Notes: generated from the letters alone by a model not told the origin. Shown: positions 30,274-40,745, counted from the first letter of the stretch. The stretch is 64,000 nt of DNA from an uncultured Actinomycetes bacterium (GCA_963709345.1 CAVPVX010000004.1:128001-192000), one strand, 5' to 3'. A program made the numbers and translations.

Positions 30274-31197
30274 ATGAGCCGCCCGCCGGTGGTCGCGATG
30301 ATCGGGATGGCAACGGTGGACTACCTCTACGTCCTCGACGAGTATCCCGCGGCCGACACGGTGACCCCCGCCCTTGAGTATCAGACCGCGGTGGGAGGTC
30401 TGGCCGGCCGGGCCGCGATCGCCGCAAAGCGCCTTGGGAGCTCGACCCGGCTGCTGGCGGCGTGCGGGTCCGGCGAGCACGCCCAGGTCCTTCGGGCGGG
30501 TATGGCGGCCGAGGGCGTGGACTGCACCTGGGTCGCCAACGACCAGCCCTCGCAGCACTCGGCGGTCATCCTGGCGCGGGGCGAGGCGACCCGGACGATC
30601 ATCTGGTTGCCACAACCCATGGCGGATGCGCGCATGGTCGCGGAGCTGCCGCGGTTCCTCGAGGGCGTCGACGTCGCGCTCCTGGACGTGACCGATGAGA
30701 CCTTGGCGACGGCCGCGCTCGACGAGTGTGAGAAGAGGGGCGTGACCACCGTCATCGACACCGGGTCCGGGCGGCCCTGGACGCGGGGATTGCTGGGCCG
30801 GGCCGACCACGTCATTGCGGCCGAGACGTACGTGCTGAAGGAGACGGGGCACTCGGCGGAGCGGGCCGCTGCCGAGCTCTGGGGCGACTCCTGCCGCGCC
30901 GTGTTCGGCGTGACGCAAGGGCCGCGGGGCGGCGTGTTCACCACAGGCAAGGAGCTGGATCGGGTCCGGCGCTGGGAGGCTGTGCCGGTCGCCGGCGTGG
31001 ACTCCTGCGGCGCCGGCGACACCTTCCACGGCGCCTACGCGTGGGCGCTGGCGATGGGCCGGCCCCCTGCCGAGTGCTTCGAGACCGCCGCCTGGTCCGC
31101 GGGGCTCAAGGTCTCCCGGCTCGGCAACCAGGGCATCCCGACGCTGGAGCAACTGGAGCACGCGCGCAGGTCGACTCGCGCGGGTAGACCGGTCTGA
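30274..31197 (+). CDS. PfkB family carbohydrate kinase
   Basis: VTQGPRG and DSCGAGDTFHGAY signature. Confidence 0.9.
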   Translation: MSRPPVVAMIGMATVDYLYVLDEYPAADTVTPALEYQTAVGGLAGRAAIAAKRLGSSTRLLAACGSGEHAQVLRAGMAAEGVDCTWVANDQPSQHSAVILARGEATRTIIWLPQPMADARMVAELPRFLEGVDVALLDVTDETLATAALDECEKRGVTTVIDTGSGRPWTRGLLGRADHVIAAETYVLKETGHSAERAAAELWGDSCRAVFGVTQGPRGGVFTTGKELDRVRRWEAVPVAGVDSCGAGDTFHGAYAWALAMGRPPAECFETAAWSAGLKVSRLGNQGIPTLEQLEHARRSTRAGRPV

Positions 31198-31246
31198 CCC
31201 CGCACGCGCGGCGCCGGGCGTCGTTCAAGACTCGCCGAAGACGACG

Positions 31247-31618
31247 TCAGCCCTCCAGCGCCGCCACCAGCTTGTCCACCGAGAGGAAGCCGTTGTCGAA
31301 GACGAACTCCGGTCCGTCGGCGAGCGCCACGACGACCTGCTTGGTGATCCCCCTTGCTTCTTGGTGACCGACCGCAGTCGGCGGGCGGGATGCGCAGGCC
31401 CTGGCCATCCCAGTGGTCGCTGAAGCGGTCACCGACGATGCCGCCGACTCTGAGCGCATCGATAGCGATCGCCAGGGAGAGGCCCTGCTTGGGGTCGAGC
31501 GGCTCGAACAGGATGCGGCGGTCCGTGACCAGCAGCTTGCCCGAGAACTTGCTGTCGGTGGGGGCAGGTGGTGAATCGTCCACTTGCCGTTCTTCTCCTC
31601 ACCCGGTTCGAGCTCCAA
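31247..31618 (-). pseudogene. Hypothetical small (PH/GRAM-like) protein broken by two frameshifts
   Basis: Coding-like segments in alternating frames: MELEPGEE..WT / SGKLLVTDRRILFEP / KQVVV.LADG.EFVFDNGFLSVDKLVAAL. Confidence 0.5.
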
Positions 31619-31698
31619 CTTGATCCCGGCCGTGCGCCTCTCTTCTCGTCTCCGGGACCACGCACCGGCTTACCTCGCGAGTCTGCTACGCTCACGCC

Positions 31699-32559
31699 AT
31701 GATGGCGGGCGTCGGACTGGTCCTGGAGGGCGGTGGCATGCGCGCCACCTATACCGGTGGTGTGCTGGACGCGTTCATGGACGCCGGCGTCGACCTGGGC
31801 TACGTCGTCGGTGTATCGGCCGGGGCCAACGCCGGCGGGCACTACGTGGCGGGGCAGCGCGAGCGCAGCCACCGCGTGTTCGTGGACTTGGCGGCGGACC
31901 CGCGCTATGCGGGCTGGCGCAACCTGGTTCGCGAGCGGAGCTGGTTCGGCATGGAGTTCCTGTTTCGGACCCTGCCGGACGAGCTGGCGCCGTTCGACTA
32001 CGAGGCGTTCGGTTCGTCGCCGCGGACGCTGGTGAGCGGTGTGACCGACTGCACGACGGGGATGGCGCGGTACTACGCGCAGCGCGACCGCGACCCGCGC
32101 TGGTACGTGCACACCCTCCAGCGCGCGAGCTGCAGCCTGCCGGTACTGTCGCCGCCGGTGCTGGTGGATGGGACCCCGTGCGTGGATGGTGGCGTGGCTG
32201 ACTCCATCCCGATCCGGCGGGCGCTCCAGGACGGCAACCCGCGTAGCGTCGTGGTTCTGACGCGCAACGCGGGGTATCGCAAGCCGCCACCGCGGCTCCG
32301 CGGCCTGGGCCGGGTGCTGTTGCGGCGCTACCCGGCCCTCTACGCCGCGATGCTCCGCCGGCCCACCGTGTACAACGCGTCGCTCGACCTGGTGGAGCGG
32401 ATGGAGCGGGCCGGCTCGGCCTTCGTCCTCCGGCCTGTCCGCCCCCTGGTGGTCGGCCGTCTCGAGCGCGACCGCGGTCATCTCGAGGGCCTGTACCGTC
32501 AGGGCTACGACGAGACCATGGTGCGGATGGGCGAGCTCGAGGCCTGGCTGAGGGGGTAG
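31699..32559 (+). CDS. Patatin-like phospholipase (DUF6363 type)
   Basis: LEGGGMR, GVSAGA (GxSxG), DGGVADSIP. Confidence 0.93.
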   Translation: MMAGVGLVLEGGGMRATYTGGVLDAFMDAGVDLGYVVGVSAGANAGGHYVAGQRERSHRVFVDLAADPRYAGWRNLVRERSWFGMEFLFRTLPDELAPFDYEAFGSSPRTLVSGVTDCTTGMARYYAQRDRDPRWYVHTLQRASCSLPVLSPPVLVDGTPCVDGGVADSIPIRRALQDGNPRSVVVLTRNAGYRKPPPRLRGLGRVLLRRYPALYAAMLRRPTVYNASLDLVERMERAGSAFVLRPVRPLVVGRLERDRGHLEGLYRQGYDETMVRMGELEAWLRG

Positions 32560-32565
32560 CCGGAG

Positions 32566-32599
32566 GCCGGCGGGATGCAGTCCGGGGATTCCCGCCGGC
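32566..32599. terminator. Hairpin between convergent genes
   Basis: GCCGGCGGGA...TCCCGCCGGC, a 10-bp inverted repeat. Confidence 0.4.
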
Positions 32600-32641
32600 G
32601 CTCCGCACGCCCGCCTCACCGGGTGACCCCGCCGCGCCGAG

Positions 32642-33002
32642 CTACGATCGCGTTTGGAACTCGACGATGTTGCCCTCCGGATCGGTGACGTGGCACCAGG
32701 TGACGCTCGCCCCGCTCGACGTCGTGAGCGTCACGATCTCCCCGACCGGCGCCCCCCCGGCCGACAGCGCCTCACGACGCGCATCGTCCACCGAGGGCAC
32801 CAGGGAGGCCAGATGGGCCAGCCCGGGGTGGTCCACCGCCGGCGCCGGGCCGCCGGCGATCGGGTCGAAGCTGCAGATCTCCAGCGTGGGGCCATCGGGG
32901 CCGCCGCCGGGCAGTCGCAGGTCGATGCCCTTGAGCGCGGCCCCTGCGATGCGCGTCCCCGCCTCCAGAGCCGGGCCGGAATTGTCGAGCGTTCGTAGTC
33001 AT
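32642..33002 (-). pseudogene. VOC/glyoxalase family gene, 5'-truncated
   Basis: G..L.LPG...GPTLEI..., PGLAHLA..V..VD, DPEGNIVE.Q; N-terminal module is missing next to the tRNA half copy. Confidence 0.7.
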
Positions 33003-33074
33003 GGCCGCAACCATTCAGCAACCCAGGTCTCTGTGATCTGACAGGCCTCGGCGGGTCTTCCCAATCTCACGCGG

Positions 33075-33133
33075 TATACTTGTCCCCCTCGTGGGCCGCT
33101 AGCTCAGTTGGGAGAGCGCCGCCTTTGCACGGC
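33075..33133 (+). repeat. Direct-repeat copy of tRNA-Ala promoter plus 5' half
   Basis: 57/59 identical to 41931-41989, including the TATACT -10 box; ends at TGCACGGC. Confidence 0.92.
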
Positions 33134-33284
33134 TCGCCGAGCGGTCAACGTTCCCCTCAAGACGCAAGAGACGCACGAGATCGGCGAACTCGCCGATGCC
33201 GTCGGGATGCGCGCTTGACAGGTTGCACGCCATATCAGAGCCCCCTGGGGGTCGTCCGGGGCGGCGACGCGCCCGTGGCGCGGC

Positions 33285-34021
33285 TCAGTCGGCGCCGAGG
33301 TACGCCTCTTTGACGTGCGGGTCCTGCAGCAGCGCTGAGGCCTCATCCGTGAGCGTGACCCGCCCCGTTTCGAGCACGTAGCCCCGGTGTGAGATCTCGA
33401 GCGCCACGTGCGCGTTCTGCTCGACCAGAAGGATCGTCGTGCCCTGGGCGTTGATCTCCTTCACGATGTCGAAGATGCGCTCGACGAGCATGGGCGCGAG
33501 GCCCATCGAGGGCTCGTCGAGCATCAGCAGCTTGGGGCCGGCCATGAGCGCCCGGCCCATGGCGAGCATCTGCTGCTCTCCGCCCGACAGGGTGCCGCCG
33601 GGCTGCGCCTCTCGCTCCCTGAGCACGGGGAAGAGGTCGAAGACGCGCTCGAAGTCCGCCTTGAGGTCCTGGCGCGGGCGCGAGAAGGCGCCCATCTCGA
33701 GGTTCTCTCGCACGGACATGCGGGGAAGATCTTGCGGCCTTCGGGAGCCTGGGAGAGGCCCCGGGTCACGACCTCGTAGGCGGGTACGCCGGCGAGGGCC
33801 TGACCCGCGTAGCTGATCGTGCCGGTGCGCGGGCGCAGCAGGCCCGAGATGGCGTTCAGGGTGGTGGTCTTGCCGGCGCCGTTCGCGCCGATGAGCGTGA
33901 CGATCTCGCCCTCGCGGATCTCGAGCGACACGCCCTTGATGGCCTCGATGTTGCCGTAGAAGACGTGGATGTCCCGGACCTCGAGGAGCGCGCCCGAGTC
34001 CTGGGGCGCCGCGGCGCTCAT
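33285..34021 (-). CDS. livF: Branched-chain amino acid ABC ATPase, frameshifted near 33722
   Basis: [17 protein letters not shown], then [16 protein letters not shown] and DEPSMGLAP; one C missing in a homopolymer. Confidence 0.9.
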
Positions 34022-34839
34022 GCGGCGCCCTTGCCGAGATACGCCTCGATCACCTTGGGGTCGGCGCGCACCGCCTCGGGGGTGCCCTCGGCGATCTTCT
34101 CGCCGTGGTCCAGTACGACGACGCGGTCGGAGCTGCCCATGACCACCTTCATGTCGTGTTCGATCAGGATGATGGTCATCCCCTCGTCGCGGATCCTGCG
34201 GATCAGGTCCAGGAGGGCGGCGGTCTCCTGCGGGTTCATGCCCGCCGCCGGCTCGTCGAGGAACAGCACCGTGGGCTCGGTGGCCAGGGCGCGCGCTATC
34301 TCGAGCCGCCGCTGTGAGCCGTAGGGCAGGTTCTTGGCGAGCTCCCCGGCATGCCCCGAGAGGCCGACGTACTCGATGAGTCCCATGCTCTTGTCCCGGA
34401 CGGCGCGCTCTGAGCGCTTCGCGCCCGGTGTGCGCGCGATGATGCTCAGCATGTTCGTGTGCGACCGGCAGTGCTGGCCGACCATCACGTTCTCGAGCGC
34501 CGTCATCTCGTTGAACAGCCGGATGTTCTGGAAGGTGCGTGCGATTCCCAGCTTGGTGACCTTGGACGGAAGCATGCCGGCGATGTCGTGGTCTCTGAAG
34601 CGGATGGATCCGGACGTGGGCGGGTAGACGCCGGTGATGGCGTTGAAGAGGGTCGTCTTGCCGGCTCCGTTGGGGCCGATGAGGCCGACGATCTCGTTCT
34701 CGCCCGCGTGGAAGTCGACCTTGTTGACGGCCACGAGACCGCCGAAGGCCTTGATGAGCTGCGTGGTCTCGAGCACGCACGCACGCTCCCTGGGGGCGGC
34801 CGGTGTGGCGGCCGCGGTCATGTCGTCAGTTGCCGGCAT
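34018..34839 (-). CDS. livG: Branched-chain amino acid ABC ATPase
   Basis: [42 protein letters not shown]. Confidence 0.95.
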   Translation of the reverse strand: MPATDDMTAAATPAAPRERACVLETTQLIKAFGGLVAVNKVDFHAGENEIVGLIGPNGAGKTTLFNAITGVYPPTSGSIRFRDHDIAGMLPSKVTKLGIARTFQNIRLFNEMTALENVMVGQHCRSHTNMLSIIARTPGAKRSERAVRDKSMGLIEYVGLSGHAGELAKNLPYGSQRRLEIARALATEPTVLFLDEPAAGMNPQETAALLDLIRRIRDEGMTIILIEHDMKVVMGSSDRVVVLDHGEKIAEGTPEAVRADPKVIEAYLGKGAA

Positions 34840-35968
34840 CGGACCATACCTGTCGCTCGCGGTCGGCCTCGTCCTTACTGCCGGGCCGCATCTCCAGCTT
34901 GACGCGGAGCGAGCCGAGCAGGCCCTGCGGCCGGAAGACCATCAGGAGCACGAGCACGAGGCCCATGGCGATGCCGCGGGTCTCGGGATGTGTCTGCACG
35001 AAGGCGAAGTCGCGCAGCCACTCCTGCAGGCCGATCCAGATGGTCGCTCCGAGCACGGGACCGGCGATGTTGCCCATGCCGCCGAGGACGACGAGGCTCA
35101 GGATGAGGAACGACTCCATGAGCATGAAGCTGCTCGGCGAGATGTAGTTCAGGTAGTGGCCGAAGAAGACGCCCATGGTGCCAGCGAAGAAGGCGCCGGT
35201 CGCGTACGAGAGGAGCTTGTAGCGCGACGTGTGGATGCCCATGGCCTCGGCCGCGACCTCGTCCTCGCGGATCGCGGTCCAGGCGCGGCCGATGCGCGAG
35301 CGCACGATACGGGAGATGCACCACAGGCAGATGAGCGCCAGCACGAGCCCGAGGTAGTAGAGACTGCGCTGCGTGCTGAAGGCGAAGCCGAAGAACTCCG
35401 GCTTGGGGATCCCTGGGATGCCCGAGGGTCCCCGCGTGAGGCCAACCCAGTTGTTGGCGACGATGCGGATGATCTCTCCGAACCCGAGCGTCATGATGGC
35501 GAGGTAGTCGCCGCGCACGCGCAAGGTCGGGTAGCCGATGAGCACGCCGGCGAGCGCCGCCAGCAGCCCGCCGACGACGAAGTTGACCCACGTGAGCCAC
35601 CAGTAGGCGTCGATGTCGACGCCGAACTTCGCCTTGAGCACCAGGTTGAAGATGATCGCCGTGTAGTAGGCGCCGATGGCGTAGAAGGCCACGTAGCCCA
35701 GGTCGAGCAGGCCGGTGAAGCCGACGACGATGTTGAGCCCGGAGGCCAGCACGATGTAGATGACGACGACCGTCATCAGCGTGATCCAGCGGTTGGAGCC
35801 CACCAGGAACGGCAGGAGGACGGCCACCGCGAGCAGCCCGATCAGAAGGGCGCGCTGCCAGCGCGGAGTGCCGTCGCCGGTGAGAGCCGAGGCGATGGGG
35901 TTGAGCCGGGTCTGCAGACGCGTGGGTCCGCTCCCGTTCGCGGCGTCGTTCTGTGGCCGGTCGCTCAT
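34826..35968 (-). CDS. livM: Branched-chain amino acid ABC permease
   Basis: GLNIVVG..GLLDLGYVAFYAIGAY, LRVRGDYLAI.TLGFGEI. Confidence 0.95.
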   Translation of the reverse strand: MSDRPQNDAANGSGPTRLQTRLNPIASALTGDGTPRWQRALLIGLLAVAVLLPFLVGSNRWITLMTVVVIYIVLASGLNIVVGFTGLLDLGYVAFYAIGAYYTAIIFNLVLKAKFGVDIDAYWWLTWVNFVVGGLLAALAGVLIGYPTLRVRGDYLAIMTLGFGEIIRIVANNWVGLTRGPSGIPGIPKPEFFGFAFSTQRSLYYLGLVLALICLWCISRIVRSRIGRAWTAIREDEVAAEAMGIHTSRYKLLSYATGAFFAGTMGVFFGHYLNYISPSSFMLMESFLILSLVVLGGMGNIAGPVLGATIWIGLQEWLRDFAFVQTHPETRGIAMGLVLVLLMVFRPQGLLGSLRVKLEMRPGSKDEADRERQVWSDAGN

Positions 35969-35969
35969 G

Positions 35970-36908
35970 CTAGGCCTTCTGGGTGATGGTGGAGCCGAGC
36001 AGGCCAGACGGCTTGAACGACAGGATCAGGATCAGGATCACGAACGCGAAGGCGTCGCGGTACTGCGAGCCCATCGGCAGGTAGGCGGAGGCGAGAGCCT
36101 CGATGACGCCGAGCAGCAGACCGCCCAGGAACGCGCCCTTGATGTTGCCGATGCCGCCGAGCACCGCGGCGATGAACGCCTTGAGGCCGGGGTTGAAGCC
36201 CATGAGCGGCCAGGCGGCGTGGTACACGCCGCCGTAGAGGCCGCCGGCGAGCGCGCCCATCGCCGACCCGATCAGGAAGGTCAGGGCGATCACCTTGTTG
36301 ACGTTGACTCCCATGAGCGCGGACGTGTTCTTATCCTGCGCCGAGGCGCGCATGGCGCGCCCCATACGGGTGCGCCGCACGTAGAGGTTGAGCAGCAGCA
36401 TCGCGACCACCGTCACGACCACGACGAACACCTGGAAGTAGGTGATCTGCACGTCGTTCACGACGAACGCCTTGGGCGCTCCTGCCGCGGTGGTGAAGAG
36501 CGGGATGTCCGGGAACGGCACCTGCTGCGAGCCGAAGATGCTCTGGGCGACGTTCTGCAGAAGGATGGACACGCCGATGGCCGAGATGAGCGCGGCCAGG
36601 CGAGGTGCGTTGCGCAGCGGCCGGTAGGCGAGGCGCTCGATGACGACGCCCATGATTCCGACGACCACCATGGCGATGAGGATGGCGAGGAAGAAATCGA
36701 GCCCCGGCATGCCTACCGCATGGCCGAACAGCGAGATCTCGTCCGACATCATCATGATGGTGATGAAGGCGCCGAACATGAAGAGCTCGCCGAAGGCGAA
36801 GTTGATGAGCTCGATGATGCCGTACACCATCGTGTAGCCGACGGCGATGAGGGCGTAGAGGCAGCCGATCATCAGGCCGTTGACGAGTTGCTGGGTCAGT
36901 TCGCTCAC
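35970..36908 (-). CDS. livH: Branched-chain amino acid ABC permease
   Basis: QQLVNGL..G..YALIA.GYTMVYGI..LINFA, KAFIAAVLGGIG. Confidence 0.95.
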   Translation of the reverse strand: MSELTQQLVNGLMIGCLYALIAVGYTMVYGIIELINFAFGELFMFGAFITIMMMSDEISLFGHAVGMPGLDFFLAILIAMVVVGIMGVVIERLAYRPLRNAPRLAALISAIGVSILLQNVAQSIFGSQQVPFPDIPLFTTAAGAPKAFVVNDVQITYFQVFVVVVTVVAMLLLNLYVRRTRMGRAMRASAQDKNTSALMGVNVNKVIALTFLIGSAMGALAGGLYGGVYHAAWPLMGFNPGLKAFIAAVLGGIGNIKGAFLGGLLLGVIEALASAYLPMGSQYRDAFAFVILILILSFKPSGLLGSTITQKA

Positions 36909-36938
36909 GGAGACCTCGAGGTCACTCCGTCGGATGAC

Positions 36939-36983
36939 GGCGGGGAGGGGGGAGGGGCGGCGTATCGCCCACCCCTCCCCGCC
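36939..36983. promoter_or_regulatory. Intercistronic stem-loop between livK and livH
   Basis: Perfect 12-bp inverted repeat GGCGGGGAGGGG...CCCCTCCCCGCC. Confidence 0.6.
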
Positions 36984-36998
36984 TCGATCCTTCCGTCC

Positions 36999-38183
36999 TT
37001 ACATGGCGGGCTGCTGAGGAGCCGTGACCAGCGAGCCGTCCTGCACGATGACGATGCTGAGCGGCTTGATGACGTCGCCGTTCTCGTCGAAGGTGATGGG
37101 GCCGGAGACGCCCTCGTAGGTGCCGACCTGCGAAAGAGCGTCGTTGATGGCCGTGCGGTCGTTCTTGCCGGCCTTCTCGGCCGCCGCGGCGGCGAGCATG
37201 ACCACGTCGTACGAGTTCGCCACGAACCAGTCCGGGTTCGCGCCGTCGAACTTGGCCTTGTACGCCTCGACGAGCTTCTGCACCGCCGGGTCTTCTTTGG
37301 TGTAGTCGAAGAACGTGGACACCAGCATGCCCTCGACGGCGGCGCCGCCGAGCTTGGGCAGCTCGTCCGAGGCGTAGCCGTCTGAGCCGAGGAGCTGCAC
37401 GTCCATGCCCAGCTCCTTCGCCTGCTGCGCGATCTTGGAGCCCTCGGGGTAGTAGCCGGAGAGGAAGACCAGGTCAGGGCCGGCGCCCTTGATCTTGGTG
37501 AGTTGGGCCTTGAAGTCGGTGTCGCCGGTGGTGTACTGCTCTTTGCCCACGACGGCGCCGCCGGCTGCCTTGACGCCCTCGTCGTACGCGTCGGCGAGGC
37601 CGCGGCCGTAGTCCGAGTTGTCGTACATGATGGCGATCTTCTGCTTGCCCAGCGTCGCGACGCTGTAGTCGGCAAGGCCCTTGCCCTGCACGGCGTCGGT
37701 CATGCAGATGCGCCAGATGTAGGCGCCCAGGTCGGTGATGTCGGGCTGGGTCGCGGACGGGGTGATCATCGTCAGCCCCGCGGGCTCGTACTTGCCGCCG
37801 GCGGCGATGGTCGCGCCGGAGAACTGGTGGCCGTCGACGACGACGATCTCGGTGTCGTCGATGAACTTCTGTGCGACGAGCACGGCTTCCTTGGGGTCGC
37901 CGAGGTCGTCACCGAGGGCGATCGACACTTCGCCGCCGTTGACGCCGCCGGCGGCGTTGAGCTCTTCCATGGCGAGCTCGGCGCCGGCCTTGTGCGACGC
38001 GCCGTAGGTGGCGTACTGACCCGTCATGGGGCCCGCCACGCCGATCTTGAACGGCACGCTGGCGGCGGTGTCGCCACCGTCACCCTCATCGCCGCCGCCA
38101 CAGGCGGCGAGCGCCACCGATGCCAGCGTCAGCGCGAGTACGACCACAAGCGCGAGCGCGAGCTTCCTGTATGTCTTGTCCAC
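36999..38183 (-). CDS. livK: Branched-chain amino acid-binding lipoprotein
   Basis: LAAC lipobox, KIGVAGPMTG, DD.GDPKEA, DFKAQLTKIK, G.ITFDENGD. Confidence 0.9.
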   Translation of the reverse strand: MDKTYRKLALALVVVLALTLASVALAACGGGDEGDGGDTAASVPFKIGVAGPMTGQYATYGASHKAGAELAMEELNAAGGVNGGEVSIALGDDLGDPKEAVLVAQKFIDDTEIVVVDGHQFSGATIAAGGKYEPAGLTMITPSATQPDITDLGAYIWRICMTDAVQGKGLADYSVATLGKQKIAIMYDNSDYGRGLADAYDEGVKAAGGAVVGKEQYTTGDTDFKAQLTKIKGAGPDLVFLSGYYPEGSKIAQQAKELGMDVQLLGSDGYASDELPKLGGAAVEGMLVSTFFDYTKEDPAVQKLVEAYKAKFDGANPDWFVANSYDVVMLAAAAAEKAGKNDRTAINDALSQVGTYEGVSGPITFDENGDVIKPLSIVIVQDGSLVTAPQQPAM

Positions 38184-38274
38184 GTTGCCTCCCCCGGAAT
38201 GGATGACCGCGAGCCTCAGCCATGTATGCGCGTGCGCGACAGGTTTAGCCTAGCCCGACAGTCGGTTGCAGCGC

Positions 38275-38304
38275 AGTCTAGATGTGAGGTGAATGGGCAG
38301 TCAA
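38275..38304 (-). promoter_or_regulatory. SigA-type promoter of the liv operon
   Basis: Minus strand TTGACT-N18-TAGACT, about 90 bp upstream of livK. Confidence 0.65.
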
Positions 38305-38589
38305 GAAACGTACATCTTAGGAGTGCACGCGCGGGCTGCGGAGTGAGGCGATGTGCTTGAGGTGTCGGACCCCGTGAAGCGCCGCGGTGTGGAACGGCGG
38401 CGGCCTGTGGCTCGCCGGGCGGCCGTCCGCCGTGGTCCCGCCGGTCAGGCCGCCCTGCGCGTGTGGACGCCCCCGGCGAACTCCTCGACGATCCCAGGCC
38501 CAGTCTTCGTCCGCGACGGAAGCGACGTTGGCGACCCAGTTCGCCTTCTCCAACTCGTTATTGGGGCACCGTTGAATCTCATCCGCGGC

Positions 38590-38940
38590 TCACACAGGGT
38601 CGGAACCAACGACGCCGCTATCTGAGACGTGGCTCGTCAATGTTTGGCCATCCCAGTAGCGCATCTCGTGGCGTGAGCGTGGGTCCGGGTACCAAGCGGC
38701 AGGAGTAGAAGCCGCGGCCGACGAGCCGAGTAGCGCAGCCTTCTCGCAGGCGAGCACCTCGGTGTCAAGACCCCCGATTCACGCAACTGGGCTGGTTTTG
38801 CGAGCTCGTCGGCTTTCGAGAGCTGCTGTGGCACGGCTGCGGATGCTTGCTGCGCAGTTCGTATCTGAGCTTGCTGCTGCTGATACTGATCAACGAATGA
38901 ATAGAGGTAGGTCTGAAGTTCCCGACTTCTCTTGGGTCAC
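38590..38940 (-). pseudogene. Remnant of a SHOCT + DUF2510 domain protein
   Basis: ADELAK.AQLRESGVLT / (frameshift) EKAALLG...PAAWYPDPRSRHEMRYWDGQ..T.HV*; no start codon found. Confidence 0.7.
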
Positions 38941-39019
38941 CCCCTGTCCCCGCCCCACCGTCACCCGGTCGTGCACAGAGCGATGAGGTCTCAACCGCGA
39001 CCTCTCTCAGAGACCTGCT

Positions 39020-39388
39020 AGACCCGGCCGCCTCAGCGAGATGGAGATGGACCTCATCCGTGGGCATGCGGCCGCGAGCGCCGCACTCATCGCCGGCATC
39101 GCGTTCGGCGGTCCGGTGGCGGCCGTCGTGAACCAGCACCACGAGCGCCTCGATGGCTCCGGCTACCCCCAAGGGTTCACCGGCGCGGACATCCTTCCCG
39201 AAGCCCGCATCCTTGCGGTCGCCGACGTCGTCGAGGCGATGGCGAGTCACCGGCCCTACCGCGCCGCCCTCGGCATGGAGGTCGCTCTCGCCGAGGTGCG
39301 CGAGCACGCCGGCGAGAAGTACGACACCGATGTGGTCGCGGTCTGCAGCCGGCTCTTCGAGGAGCAGGGCTTCCAGTTCACGCCGTGA
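39020..39388 (+). pseudogene. HD-GYP phosphodiesterase C-terminal fragment
   Basis: PGRLS..E..LIRGH, QHHERLDGSGYP.G, ARILAVADVVEAM.SHRPYR; upstream HD motif is absent. Confidence 0.8.
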
Positions 39389-39389
39389 G

Positions 39390-39635
39390 GTGACGGCCCT
39401 GCGGCAGGCCTGCCCCGACTTCCACCTGACCGTCGAGGACCTCGCCGTCGACGGCGAGGAGGTCTGGCTGAGGATGAGGGGCTCGGGCACCAACGACGGC
39501 CCCTCCGTGGGCCACCCGCCGAGCGGTCGGAAGATGCAGATCGACGTCTTCGACGTGCTTCGCTTCCAGCACGGTCGCATGGTCGAGCACTGGGGCGTGT
39601 CCGACCGCCTCACGGCTCTCCTCCAGTTGGGGGCA
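39390..39635 (+). pseudogene. SnoaL-like ester cyclase C-terminal fragment
   Basis: PDFHLTVED...GEEVW.R....GT..G...G.PPSGR......RF..GR.VEHWG..D.L.LL.QLG. Confidence 0.7.
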
Positions 39636-39740
39636 TACGCCGGCGCCGGGCGCGTCTGCTCCTTCCGCCGGCGTCGTTCTGAGACGTGGGTCTGGGGGAA
39701 TACCGGGATGAGTCTGGCACAGGAAGTGGGGAGGTGTTTC

Positions 39741-40226
39741 ATGGAAGAGTCAGAGACGATGCGGGCCAGGGCCACCGAGGCGCTATGGGTGCCGGCGGGT
39801 GACGATGTGGACGGGGAGCGGCGCGGGCTCGGCATCAGCGTGATCAGCTTCAAGGTGACACCGCGCGACGGCCTCGATCTGCTGGTCCTGGAGAACACCT
39901 TCCACGCGCCCGGCGGGCCGCCCCGCCACCTGCACGAAGAGCAAGAGGAGGTCTTCTACGCGCTGGACGGGGAGTTCGTGATCGAGATCGGCGACGAGCG
40001 GCGTAGCCTCAGGCCAGGTGACGTTGTGCTGGCTCCCCGCCAAGTGCCCCACGTCTGGGCGTCGGTCGGCGATGCAGGGCGGATCCTGATCACCTTCTCG
40101 CCGGCAGGGCGGATGGAGGGCTTCTTCCGGGAGGTCACGAGCCAAGACGCGATGCCCGGACAGGACCCCGAGTTGTGGCGCAGGCATGGCATGCGCATCG
40201 TCGGGCCGCCGCTCGAGCTAGGGTGA
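39741..40226 (+). CDS. Cupin domain protein (quercetin dioxygenase-like)
   Basis: GPPRHLHEEQEEVFY...PGD.VLAPRQVPH; GGAGG RBS. Confidence 0.85.
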   Translation: MEESETMRARATEALWVPAGDDVDGERRGLGISVISFKVTPRDGLDLLVLENTFHAPGGPPRHLHEEQEEVFYALDGEFVIEIGDERRSLRPGDVVLAPRQVPHVWASVGDAGRILITFSPAGRMEGFFREVTSQDAMPGQDPELWRRHGMRIVGPPLELG

Positions 40227-40312
40227 GAGCTTCACGTTTCCTGCAGATTCAGCAATTTGTGGTACCCTTTGCCGAGCCGCTGCAGAGCGAAATCCCTGCA
40301 AATCGTCAAAAT

Positions 40313-40421
40313 GCCCTCGTAGCTCAGAGGATAGAGCACAGGCTTCCCAAAGCCGTAGCCTGCGGGCCGATTCGGGTCCATTTGAGGCCAAGACGGGTCA
40401 ATCCTGCTCGATGAGGGCGCC
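40313..40421 (+). pseudogene. Degenerate/interrupted tRNA (tRNA-Arg-like)
   Basis: GCCCTCG TA GCTCAGAGGATAGAGC D-arm; 3' TGAGGGC-G-CC can close the acceptor stem; T-arm is corrupted and about 30 nt are extra. Confidence 0.55.
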
Positions 40422-40745
40422 CGCCGAGCGGGGCCGAGCCTGTGGTTTCTCGCCGATTCGGCAGCTTACCTGCAACTTGCGTCGGAGGGTGGACCCGCGG
40501 CCGTCTCGCGAGGCGGAGAGAGCGGCAGTCTCAATGACGTCCCTCATGCAGCGAAATCGGCGCGCTGTGAGCCGGTCCCGCACCGCGCGCCGCCGCGAAG
40601 CTCAGGGAGAAGCCGGCTCAGGCGAACCCGAGGCGCTCACGCCCCAGTCCTTCAGGATCACGTCGAGCACGAACTGCGCCATCCGCCCGCAGCGCTGGCG
40701 CGCGTCAGGTTGGTTCGCTTGCTCACCGTCGCACGTTGCCCGTTG

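Noticed and set aside
33216-33240. TTGACA after the tRNA half copy as a promoter
   Set aside because: No -10 element at 16-18 bp spacing and no plus-strand gene downstream.
33700-33740. Programmed frameshift in livF
   Set aside because: No slippery heptamer seen; a single missing C in a homopolymer is a typical sequencing error.
39153-40226. Apparent SnoaL-cupin fusion ORF
   Set aside because: The linker looks non-coding and the cupin has its own RBS and ATG at 39741; better read as a fragment followed by a gene.
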